Source: a virus (lineage: Duplodnaviria > Heunggongvirae > Uroviricota > Caudoviricetes). Taken from it: DNA of 64,000 bases. A program made the translations under genes and the position numbers. The stretch lies in the IMG/VR virus record IMGVR_UViG_3300027710_000009; one strand, 5' to 3'. The notes beneath the pieces are model-generated. The model saw only the letters and a list, made by a program, of their open reading frames with translations. It searched no databases and was not told the DNA's origin. The stretch's first letter is position 1. Each line of letters starts with the position of its first letter. Below are positions 55,212-62,900 of this stretch, piece after piece.

Positions 55212-55912
55212 TATATTGCCTTTACAAAATTCAGTTGGGTTACCTTGGCGCCATTGTGATACGGGCTTTGTTCAATACGTTTGACCTTGCCAGCAATGCG
55301 TCCGCTTTGGGCCAGTGACTGGTGCGCAGTCAAAAAACTAACCATGTTGCCATTATCATCATGCCCTGTAACAGAGTAGCAATTATACTGCTGAAGGTAA
55401 CGGCTGTCAATTAGAACAAAATCCAGTTGTAGTTTTTCACCCACACGGCCCAGATACTCACTGGTACTGGCCAACACAATTTTGGCTTCAGTTTTTTCCT
55501 GGCGCTCTAGCATGCCAACATAGGTCTTGGGCACAAACGCAACCAAGCCGCAGTCACGTTGGGTGCAAGTGGGCTGACTGATTGTTTCACTGAGTTTGAA
55601 TTGGAAATCATTAACACGGCGATCTGCAAGTTTCTTGATCAGTACGTCACCCTGAATAGCACTGATAGCCGCATCTGCTTGTGCAAAGTCTTCGTCTGTG
55701 GGTACCAGCTCTGGATTGCTACCGGGTTCGATTGCAAAACTGTTGAACATCAAGGTCTTGTTTGGAACCACTTCAACAACCGCATCCTTGCTGGTGTCAA
55801 AGAAAAGATTGTCTTTGTACATGGCACCATTCACACGCTGAGCCGCAAAAGCCAGGGCAACCAGTTTACGGGATTCAATCTTGTAGGTCTTGGCCATGTT
55901 CACATGCTCCAA
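55211..55912 (-). CDS. Hypothetical protein with possible C-terminal OB-like domain
   Basis: YLGRVGEK...beta-rich C-terminus. Confidence 0.55.
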   Translation of the reverse strand: MEHVNMAKTYKIESRKLVALAFAAQRVNGAMYKDNLFFDTSKDAVVEVVPNKTLMFNSFAIEPGSNPELVPTDEDFAQADAAISAIQGDVLIKKLADRRVNDFQFKLSETISQPTCTQRDCGLVAFVPKTYVGMLERQEKTEAKIVLASTSEYLGRVGEKLQLDFVLIDSRYLQQYNCYSVTGHDDNGNMVSFLTAHQSLAQSGRIAGKVKRIEQSPYHNGAKVTQLNFVKAI

Positions 55913-56181
55913 TAAGTTTCAGACGCCGGGTTGCAACACCAAGGAGTGTCACGATCAATTTGGATATCTTTGCCAGTCATCAAGTTCTTCACAGTCACAG
56001 TGGTAGGATGGAACTCAATGCGGAACTGGCTGGTAGGGTACAGTTGATATTGCAGTTCACGCACTTCACGGCGCATTTCAGCCGCATCACGGTTTTGCCA
56101 AACTGTAGTACTGAACAGACGCTCGCCAGTTTTTGTACGACGGTCCGTTTTGTAGATGTACATGGTATGATTCTGTTTCAT
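55900..56181 (-). CDS. Hypothetical protein
   Basis: Co-oriented ORF. Confidence 0.55.
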   Translation of the reverse strand: MKQNHTMYIYKTDRRTKTGERLFSTTVWQNRDAAEMRREVRELQYQLYPTSQFRIEFHPTTVTVKNLMTGKDIQIDRDTPWCCNPASETYWSM

Positions 56182-56182
56182 A

Positions 56183-56416
56183 TTAAGCCTCCACTGAACG
56201 ACGAGCTTCCATCATTTCTGACAGGATAAATTTTGCAATGTTCATCTGCTTGCGAGCGGCATCTGAACGGCCCATTGCCAACAGTTCTTGTGCATCACTC
56301 AGCACACCCATTGCAACCATTTCCAGTCCGCTGAATCTAGCAGTAATTGATTCCATGTATTCTTCACGGATATCAGCTTCTGTTATACCGTAGCAGTTTT
56401 TTTCGAATTCAGTCAT
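56183..56416 (-). CDS. Hypothetical protein
   Basis: AAGGAG RBS and strong promoter upstream. Confidence 0.65.
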   Translation of the reverse strand: MTEFEKNCYGITEADIREEYMESITARFSGLEMVAMGVLSDAQELLAMGRSDAARKQMNIAKFILSEMMEARRSVEA

Positions 56417-56446
56417 TTCAGCTCCTTATTTGTTTACTATGAATAT

Positions 56447-56475
56447 AGTATAGCAAAACGAGCCATTTGGGTCAA
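56447..56475 (-). promoter_or_regulatory. Sigma70-type (early) promoter
   Basis: TTGACC (56475-56470), 17 nt, TATACT (56452-56447). Confidence 0.7.
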
Positions 56476-56480
56476 CCGTT

Positions 56481-56553
56481 TTACAGCACTTTTCAGGTGC
56501 TGTAAGTCATTGATTTATAAGGGTTTTTTGCCCAAAAATGTTGCAAAAGTGCT
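56481..56553. repeat. Nested inverted repeats upstream of the early promoter
   Basis: TTACAGCAC-N7-GTGCTGTAA (56481-56505); AGCACTTTT (56485-56493) / AAAAGTGCT (56545-56553). Confidence 0.55.
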
Positions 56554-56561
56554 ACTTCTGC

Positions 56562-56807
56562 TTATTTTTTAAGCACGGACTGGCGGTGTAGGGCGTCTAA
56601 GTAGCTGGTTTGGCGGGCTAGTTTGCGTTCTAGCTTGTGTACCTGATCTTGCAAGTTCATGATTTGTTGCATAGCAAGTTCGCCAGTGGTTTTCATTCCA
56701 CGAATTTCTTTGTCATGTGAAAGCAAGTTTGGGCGTGGTGGAGCAAGAGGATCCACTGCCCGCTTCTTGGGTGCCTTCATTGCCTTTAGAAATTTTGGGT
56801 GCATCAT
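56562..56807 (-). CDS. Hypothetical protein
   Basis: Coiled-coil C-terminus; TAAATA at 56819-56814. Confidence 0.5.
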   Translation of the reverse strand: MMHPKFLKAMKAPKKRAVDPLAPPRPNLLSHDKEIRGMKTTGELAMQQIMNLQDQVHKLERKLARQTSYLDALHRQSVLKK

Positions 56808-57136
56808 AACAAATATTTATCGTCGGGCACAGATGGAAATTTAATGGCTACTGTGTCAGTTTCTTCCAGGATGTGTATTTGACTCATATCCCCAGGCTCA
56901 AGCACACAAATGTCACCGGCTTCAAAAATAATACCATTCACCATCATGCGTCCACGAGTTACCAACTGTATTTCTGTAACAATTTTGTGATAGTGTGTGG
57001 GACTGTGCTGGCGAGCGTTGGTCTGCCAGTTTACTTCAAAGTCCTTGGTGCGATGCACAGCTTCAGGAAAGTCACCCACAAACCACCCTCGCTGTCCGCT
57101 TTCACTCAGCTTTAACTTCTTCATACTCTGCGTCAA
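56804..57136 (-). CDS. Cupin-like protein
   Basis: RGWFVGDF, HYHKIVTE...GDICVLEPG. Confidence 0.6.
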   Translation of the reverse strand: MTQSMKKLKLSESGQRGWFVGDFPEAVHRTKDFEVNWQTNARQHSPTHYHKIVTEIQLVTRGRMMVNGIIFEAGDICVLEPGDMSQIHILEETDTVAIKFPSVPDDKYLL

Positions 57137-57504
57137 CGATTTGGTTGGAAGATTGTGCAGCCTGTGCGGCTTTCATTTCTTCATCTGTCATTGTTTCTGG
57201 AGGCAATTGTGTTTGCAGTTCTGCGGCAATTGCTTCAAGATATTCACGATCCAGCTGTCCCATAACAGGAACCAAGTATTGACTGTAACCGTTTAGAAAG
57301 TAGATAAAAACTTCGTCGAATGTTTTACCTTGCGTGAAGGTGTTGCGCACAACAGACTTTTCGCTTAAATTCAAAATAACTTGAGCACTGTTGTCTTTGG
57401 ATTTGAGCCCGCGAGTGACCAGCATTTGTTCGTCCCAGCGAATGTTTTCTGGGTTGTCCATCCATCCTGCTTTGCTAGTGTTCACATGCGCCTGCGGCTT
57501 CATG
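57102..57504 (-). CDS. Hypothetical protein
   Basis: Likely start MKPQAH. Confidence 0.55.
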
Positions 57505-57541
57505 AAATATTTTGCTACCAAATAAATGCCTTTTTCTTTAC

Positions 57542-58651
57542 TCACGTTTTTACTCCTTGATATTTTTTGAACATTTCTACAAACTGATCTTTGGTTTGTG
57601 CTTTGGGCGCACACAATCCACAATAGCAGATTTTTTTAGCACAAGTAATAACTGGAACAGTGCCAGTAGTCAATTGTTGTTCCAGAGTTTCCAGCAGTTG
57701 TTGGGTGCGATCTAAATGTCCAATTGGACCCACAGTTCCTTCAAGATTCATCTGACAATCTCTATTGGTGTATATATGTCCTGTTACCTGTTTGACAAAT
57801 AAAAAGAACCAGTTGACTGAACAACTCCAGCCAGTGAAAACATTGTTTACAAAACTGTGACGTTGGGTAAAATTATTATCCCCACAAAGCTGTTTGCCAC
57901 CACAACAGCTTCGTCCAGTCTGCGTTAGATCCGTATCTCCTGCAGGCAATTGAACATCAACTCCGTAACTGCTTTTGTTGTATAATTTATCAAACCATAC
58001 CACTTGGTGCTCTTTGTAAGTGTATTTTTCAGGTTCTTGATGGTCCAATTGACGCGGCAATAGTCTAACTTGATTTTTTTCCAGCCAGCTGACCATGTGC
58101 TGAGCATCATCAAATAATTCGCCTTGTGGATGCATCAGCACCACACATTTTATATCTTTGCCAGCGGCTTTGATTTGAAGTATATTTTTTCTAAACAGAT
58201 CTTTTTGCTTGTCTGTGGATTCTGTATGATAGCTTACTGTAAATTCATCAATCAATGGAATGATTTTTTCCAGCTTGGCTGAACTAACAATGGCATTGGT
58301 TGTGGTGGTTATACACAGATTCCAACGGTCTCGATAAGGTTGGTATCGAGCACGTACCTGTTCTAGCACCTGGACAATATCTGGATGATGCAGACTTTCT
58401 CCGCCATACACATTTAGAACCACTCTTTGCAAGCCACGAATTCTATGTTGCATATAGAGATCCACGTACTTGTACATAAAGTCAATGGTTTCTAGACATT
58501 CCGCAACAGGTGGATGTTTGGTGCTGTTGTCATGACCATCGCCGCAGTAGGAACAATCTAGGTTACACTTGAGAGTGAGCTCCCAATCCAGCAAAAAAGA
58601 CATCTTGCTTTCAGGACCAGGGAAAGGTTCAAGTATTTCAAAGTCTTGCAT
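57542..58651 (-). CDS. Radical SAM protein with C-terminal Cys cluster
   Basis: CNLDCSYC, YGGESL, C-terminal SCC/WSC/CAKKICYCGLC. Confidence 0.85.
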   Translation of the reverse strand: MQDFEILEPFPGPESKMSFLLDWELTLKCNLDCSYCGDGHDNSTKHPPVAECLETIDFMYKYVDLYMQHRIRGLQRVVLNVYGGESLHHPDIVQVLEQVRARYQPYRDRWNLCITTTTNAIVSSAKLEKIIPLIDEFTVSYHTESTDKQKDLFRKNILQIKAAGKDIKCVVLMHPQGELFDDAQHMVSWLEKNQVRLLPRQLDHQEPEKYTYKEHQVVWFDKLYNKSSYGVDVQLPAGDTDLTQTGRSCCGGKQLCGDNNFTQRHSFVNNVFTGWSCSVNWFFLFVKQVTGHIYTNRDCQMNLEGTVGPIGHLDRTQQLLETLEQQLTTGTVPVITCAKKICYCGLCAPKAQTKDQFVEMFKKYQGVKT

Positions 58652-59589
58652 TAAAGTTGTGTAAGCTCAATTATTGTAGCACTCAAATTGATTTCAGAAT
58701 CAGCACACATGGTATGGTTGACCAAACCTTTGCGAATGATTAAGATAGCAGAGTCTTGTTGTTCTGGTGTTTTGCCCCAGATGTCGACGTTGTCATACAT
58801 CCAACGGAATACATCTTCCATTTCTTCTGGAGCCGCTTGTGTGCATAGCAATTGACGTGCTTCGCGAATTTTGCCAGATTTGAACAGTTCCACAGTGTCA
58901 AGTTTCCAGTCACTTACAGACTTGTCACCTTCACGTGGTTTCTTGAGAGCGCCATCTTGTCCGTTCAATTGCACCAGATTCAAACATTTACGCAGATCAG
59001 GATATGTTGCTTTGACATAACTGTCCAGTGTGTCAATATCAAAATCAATGCCTTCTGTTACCAACACAGTGGCCACTCTAGCTGTAAACTCTGTATGATC
59101 CTGTTTGGCAATATGAAAACCCTGGCACCGTGAATGCAGTGCAGGAATAATCTTGTGTGGCGCATTGCAAGTGAATATAAAACGCACACTGGCGTGATAT
59201 GTTTCCATTGCATTACGCAACAATGCCTGTGAGTTGGGACTTAGATAGTCTGCCTCGTCTAACAGGATAACTTTGAACTCACCAAACGGCATGGTACTTG
59301 CAAAGCCAAGTACCTTGTCACGCATGATCTCAACCTTGGTTTCGTTACTGGCATTGATCTGCATCACATCGTATTCGTCAATCTTGAGCTCATTGATCAG
59401 CATACGTGCTAGTGTGGTCTTGCCAGTGCCAGGACCTCCACTCAGCAACAAATGTGGGATGTGTCCATCTTTGACCCAAGCCGCAACTTGATCACGCTGT
59501 GTGTCATCAATGAACACATATTCGCCCATGGTCTTGGGACGGTATTTTTCTACCCACAATTCTTTCATACGTTCTCCGGTAACTTCCAT
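58651..59589 (-). CDS. Clamp loader AAA+ subunit (gp44/RFC-like)
   Basis: LWVEKYRP, GGPGTGKT, INAS, ILLDEAD, SRC, PDLR. Confidence 0.92.
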   Translation of the reverse strand: MEVTGERMKELWVEKYRPKTMGEYVFIDDTQRDQVAAWVKDGHIPHLLLSGGPGTGKTTLARMLINELKIDEYDVMQINASNETKVEIMRDKVLGFASTMPFGEFKVILLDEADYLSPNSQALLRNAMETYHASVRFIFTCNAPHKIIPALHSRCQGFHIAKQDHTEFTARVATVLVTEGIDFDIDTLDSYVKATYPDLRKCLNLVQLNGQDGALKKPREGDKSVSDWKLDTVELFKSGKIREARQLLCTQAAPEEMEDVFRWMYDNVDIWGKTPEQQDSAILIIRKGLVNHTMCADSEINLSATIIELTQL

Positions 59590-59786
59590 TCATGTTCCCA
59601 CGCACCGCCAAGCACAGGGCCGGCTTTGGTAGGACGTTGTTTGATCATGTATATTTTACGATACTTCACGGTCTCAAGCCAAACAATTTGATTTTCAATT
59701 TGTTTTGGGAACAGTAAGAATACTGGTTTCCATGCTGTGGTATCCCCTTGAACAGGGTTAGCAGGAATGTCTAGTTTGAATCTCAT
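59565..59786 (-). CDS. Hypothetical protein
   Basis: Small co-oriented ORF. Confidence 0.45.
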   Translation of the reverse strand: MRFKLDIPANPVQGDTTAWKPVFLLFPKQIENQIVWLETVKYRKIYMIKQRPTKAGPVLGGAWEHEWKLPENV

Positions 59787-60250
59787 TTTTTAGGTACCTT
59801 TGTTTCTTCGTACACCATGCGACGAACTACTTTTGTATCAGCTGGTTCGGGCGCAGGGTCCATGGTTGGTTGTATATGTGGTTCGTATGCGTAGATAGTT
59901 TTGTGACTTGCAAAAAGACTACCAGAAAATGCTTCGACCATGAATCGAATTGGCCAAGCAAAGATTACCAGCAGTACCACCAACAGTATGCCCACGCACA
60001 AACTGACCTGTACATACACTTGGAATATTAATTCTACCAGCATGCGCCAAAAGCCCATGCTTTCAACGTAGGCATAATCTTTTTCTTCTGCGTCTCGATC
60101 AAAACTACGAACATGTCCAATAAGACTGTTGCTTAGAATTTCGTGTTTGGTGCGCAGTATATCAAGAGAACCTCGATATAGTTTAGCCATCACGTGTGAA
60201 CGTTTTTTGGCTTCCTCTTTAATATCTGTACTATCCGTTCCTGTTCCCAT
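59783..60250 (-). CDS. Hypothetical membrane protein
   Basis: One long hydrophobic segment. Confidence 0.5.
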   Translation of the reverse strand: MGTGTDSTDIKEEAKKRSHVMAKLYRGSLDILRTKHEILSNSLIGHVRSFDRDAEEKDYAYVESMGFWRMLVELIFQVYVQVSLCVGILLVVLLVIFAWPIRFMVEAFSGSLFASHKTIYAYEPHIQPTMDPAPEPADTKVVRRMVYEETKVPKK

Positions 60251-60432
60251 GCGTCTTCTCCATCAAAATTTGGTAAGTTGTCGTAAGCATCCTCTAACCA
60301 ACATTTTAACTGATATAGTTCTTGTTTGCAAGCGAATCCGGTGAAACCGTCATTATATGGCGAATTTATTTCAACCAATGAATTACGTATCACCGAGTAA
60401 GCATCTTCTAAGTTAGGTTTGCGGAATCCCAT
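60190..60432 (-). CDS. Hypothetical protein
   Basis: Co-oriented ORF. Confidence 0.55.
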   Translation of the reverse strand: MGFRKPNLEDAYSVIRNSLVEINSPYNDGFTGFACKQELYQLKCWLEDAYDNLPNFDGEDAWEQERIVQILKRKPKNVHT

Positions 60433-60440
60433 AGGAATTA

Positions 60441-60590
60441 TTAGTTAGGAACTATTTTTGGTTGATATGGAACATTTTTAATGCCGTACTCTTGTTCCAA
60501 CAGGTGACGAGCAGTTTTCATATCCGGTGCCCACACCCGTTGCTTCTTTTCGCCTTCGGGTGTACGCACCACAGCTTCGTACATTGGCAT
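60441..60590 (-). CDS. Small hypothetical protein, 49 aa (absent from ORF track)
   Basis: Manual translation MPMYEAVVRTPEGEKKQRVWAPDMKTARHLLEQEYGIKNVPYQPKIVPN; TAATG coupling to groES. Confidence 0.6.
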   Translation of the reverse strand: MPMYEAVVRTPEGEKKQRVWAPDMKTARHLLEQEYGIKNVPYQPKIVPN

Positions 60591-61012
60591 TATCTAGTCT
60601 TGCTTTCTGCCTGAACAGCACTGCTCAGAGTATCATCAATGTCGGGCTCGTTGTCACTAACAAACATGATAGCTTTGGGATCAACAAGACGTAGAGTGAA
60701 TTGTTCATCGTTGATTTCAATGTCAATACCGCGGCTCCAACGACCATGTTCAACCATGATCCATTGTCCAGATGTGACTTCTGTTTGCTCTGGTCCCACA
60801 GCATATACCTGCGCCCAACGAGGACGAATACCAGCTGTTGTTTTATCATCGCCAAGTAACACAATACCACTTGATAATTTGCGTCCGCTGAAGTTCATGT
60901 CGCGAACAAGTACTTTGTCCTTTAACGGAGCCAGCTTACTGATTTTGTGCCTTATTCGCATTGATCCCATTGCTGGAAACAATCCTTCGCCTAGTGGTAG
61001 CATTTCACTCAT
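60590..61012 (-). CDS. groES: GroES/Cpn10 co-chaperonin
   Basis: LAPLKDKVLV...SSGIVL...VYAVGP...VTSGQWIM; true start probably downstream of 61012. Confidence 0.8.
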   Translation of the reverse strand: MSEMLPLGEGLFPAMGSMRIRHKISKLAPLKDKVLVRDMNFSGRKLSSGIVLLGDDKTTAGIRPRWAQVYAVGPEQTEVTSGQWIMVEHGRWSRGIDIEINDEQFTLRLVDPKAIMFVSDNEPDIDDTLSSAVQAESKTR

Positions 61013-61438
61013 TTAGATCCTCGTTGGTCCTGAACTTGGTTTTTTTGGTGTAAGAAGTTTTTGCTCAACCTTGGCAGTTTTGGCCACAGCATCTGCAAGA
61101 TTACCGCGTAGTTTTGGAACATCAACTTCATCCATGGCCGCATCTTGTTCCATGATGTCTGCTGGGAAGTCCACGTGCTCTGCTTCAGCTTTTTGACTGC
61201 GTGGTTGTTGTGGCTCATCGCGACGCTCATCAACTTTTTCTTTGGTATACACAGCATTGCTGTCGTAGTACTCTTTCATGACTTGGTCTCGAGTACGTGT
61301 AACTACGCCACCTGGGCCAAGCTCATCGCCAGCGGCATTGATTTTCATGTTGCCTACAGCAATTACTTTTTCGTTTTGCACACGCAATGCATCCATATTG
61401 ATGGCTTTGCCCTGTGCTGTTCTATATACTTTTGACAT
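61013..61438 (-). CDS. Hypothetical protein
   Basis: AGGAG RBS, TAAATA at 61465-61460. Confidence 0.6.
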   Translation of the reverse strand: MSKVYRTAQGKAINMDALRVQNEKVIAVGNMKINAAGDELGPGGVVTRTRDQVMKEYYDSNAVYTKEKVDERRDEPQQPRSQKAEAEHVDFPADIMEQDAAMDEVDVPKLRGNLADAVAKTAKVEQKLLTPKKPSSGPTRI

Positions 61439-61462
61439 AATTAACTCTCCTGTGTATGCTAT

Positions 61463-61975
61463 TTATTTGAGGAACTCGGCGGGGTCTAAATCATAGTACA
61501 AGCTGTTGATACGATGAACGCCCAACTTGTACAGTACAAAACTGCTCACACTAGATCCACGCCCTACTCCCCAAACAATACCATTTTCTCGCATGACATC
61601 TACCAGATACTTCATGTAGCGCAAGAGCATGAAAGCATCACGCTCTTGGTACATGAGCAATTCTTGTCCCACACGTTGCAGTTCTTCATCTGTGGTGCAT
61701 TGATCCAGTGTCCATTGAGCAATATCAAAATTCACATATTGCTCGGGCATGTGCCATTGTGCTTGCTGATATTGATCAAACTCTTCAACTGTTACATCGT
61801 AGGGCTTGTAGGTTTTTAGAGCTGGGATGTCAACGAACAATGACCGGACTGCATGGTTAAACACAGTGGGATCATCAACCAAAAATTGTGTAAGGTCTAG
61901 ACTGGGCTGAGCATACAATAGCTCGCAAAGCTCGCTTTCGCTTGCATGGCTCAATCCAAATTGATCACGTTTCAT
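61463..61975 (-). CDS. DNA polymerase III alpha (DnaE)-like fragment lacking the catalytic PDxD
   Basis: RVGQELL...YLVD...GVGRGSSVSSFVLYKLG...DPAEFLK then stop. Confidence 0.7.
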   Translation of the reverse strand: MKRDQFGLSHASESELCELLYAQPSLDLTQFLVDDPTVFNHAVRSLFVDIPALKTYKPYDVTVEEFDQYQQAQWHMPEQYVNFDIAQWTLDQCTTDEELQRVGQELLMYQERDAFMLLRYMKYLVDVMRENGIVWGVGRGSSVSSFVLYKLGVHRINSLYYDLDPAEFLK

Positions 61976-62211
61976 TTTATGTTGATAATATTTTTGAAGT
62001 TGTTGTTATTTTTTTCAAGTTCTTCTAGCTTTTTGCGATTGCGCACAGCCAGTTCTTCTTGGTAGTGTGACAACAACATCTGCATTTGTCGTAGCACATC
62101 CCCTGACCCTGATCGATATGCAGAGTTCATTTTGTTTCCAAGCTCAGTGATTTTAGCATAAAGCTCATCATCTTTGAGTTCAGAAATATTAGGTGCCAGG
62201 GGGTGAAACAC
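61972..62211 (-). CDS. Hypothetical protein
   Basis: Small helical co-oriented ORF. Confidence 0.55.
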   Translation of the reverse strand: MFHPLAPNISELKDDELYAKITELGNKMNSAYRSGSGDVLRQMQMLLSHYQEELAVRNRKKLEELEKNNNNFKNIINIK

Positions 62212-62213
62212 AA

Positions 62214-62402
62214 TTAGGCCTTGGCTTCTTTACGTGCGTTTTTCTCAGCAGTGATTTCATTGCGGCGTGCTTTGACTGCTTTGCCCAATTCACCTAGTGC
62301 TTTGCGAGCACGAGTACCTGCGGCATTGTTGCCTGCGGTAAATTTATCATCTTCTTTGATCCATGCATCCACGGCATCTTTGATTACTTGTACACTTGAC
62401 AT
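62214..62402 (-). CDS. Histone H1-like (Hc1 family) nucleoid protein
   Basis: GNNAAGTRARKAL signature of Hc1-like proteins (GNKAAGTRARK). Confidence 0.7.
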   Translation of the reverse strand: MSSVQVIKDAVDAWIKEDDKFTAGNNAAGTRARKALGELGKAVKARRNEITAEKNARKEAKA

Positions 62403-62848
62403 TAGATATCTCCTTGTTGTCGATTTTCGCTATGGTTTACGTCAAACTCACCACCTGGGTAACGAGCCTTCAGTTTATTTACGTTCTCTGCAATGACCTC
62501 GTTTGGATCTAGGTTCAAAGCTCTACAAGCATTGACCCAGTACCACATGACATCACCCAGTTCTCGTTTCATATGGAATACATTTTCTTCTGTTAGCGGT
62601 TTGCCTTGGAAGAACACTTTCTTTGGAATTTCAATGAACTCACCCGATTCTGCGGCAAGTCCTAAACATGCTGTGAGCAACAGTGGTACATTGATATCTG
62701 GACCATGTCGCAATTCAGTCTCGCCTTCAAACAGTTCATAGTTACCGTCCAGCTGATCTAGCCGATCTATGAATGTGGTTAGATCACGAGAAGGTTCGCT
62801 GGTCACAGCACCAACGAACTCAGAATATTTGTTTAAGTCGATTGTCAT
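62402..62848 (-). CDS. MazG-like nucleotide pyrophosphohydrolase
   Basis: LAAESGEFIE...KK...ELGDVMWY...N..KL..RYP. Confidence 0.85.
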   Translation of the reverse strand: MTIDLNKYSEFVGAVTSEPSRDLTTFIDRLDQLDGNYELFEGETELRHGPDINVPLLLTACLGLAAESGEFIEIPKKVFFQGKPLTEENVFHMKRELGDVMWYWVNACRALNLDPNEVIAENVNKLKARYPGGEFDVNHSENRQQGDI

Positions 62849-62856
62849 TTTAACTC

Positions 62857-62897
62857 CTAGTTGGGCTAGTATAACACTAACCCAACCTAGAAGTCAA
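62857..62897 (-). promoter_or_regulatory. Sigma70 promoter embedded in an inverted repeat that reaches the RBS of the MazG-like gene
   Basis: TTGACT (62897-62892), 18 nt, TATACT (62873-62868); arms 62857-62865 and 62881-62890; AGGAG RBS overlaps the downstream arm. Confidence 0.6.
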
Positions 62898-62900
62898 TGA

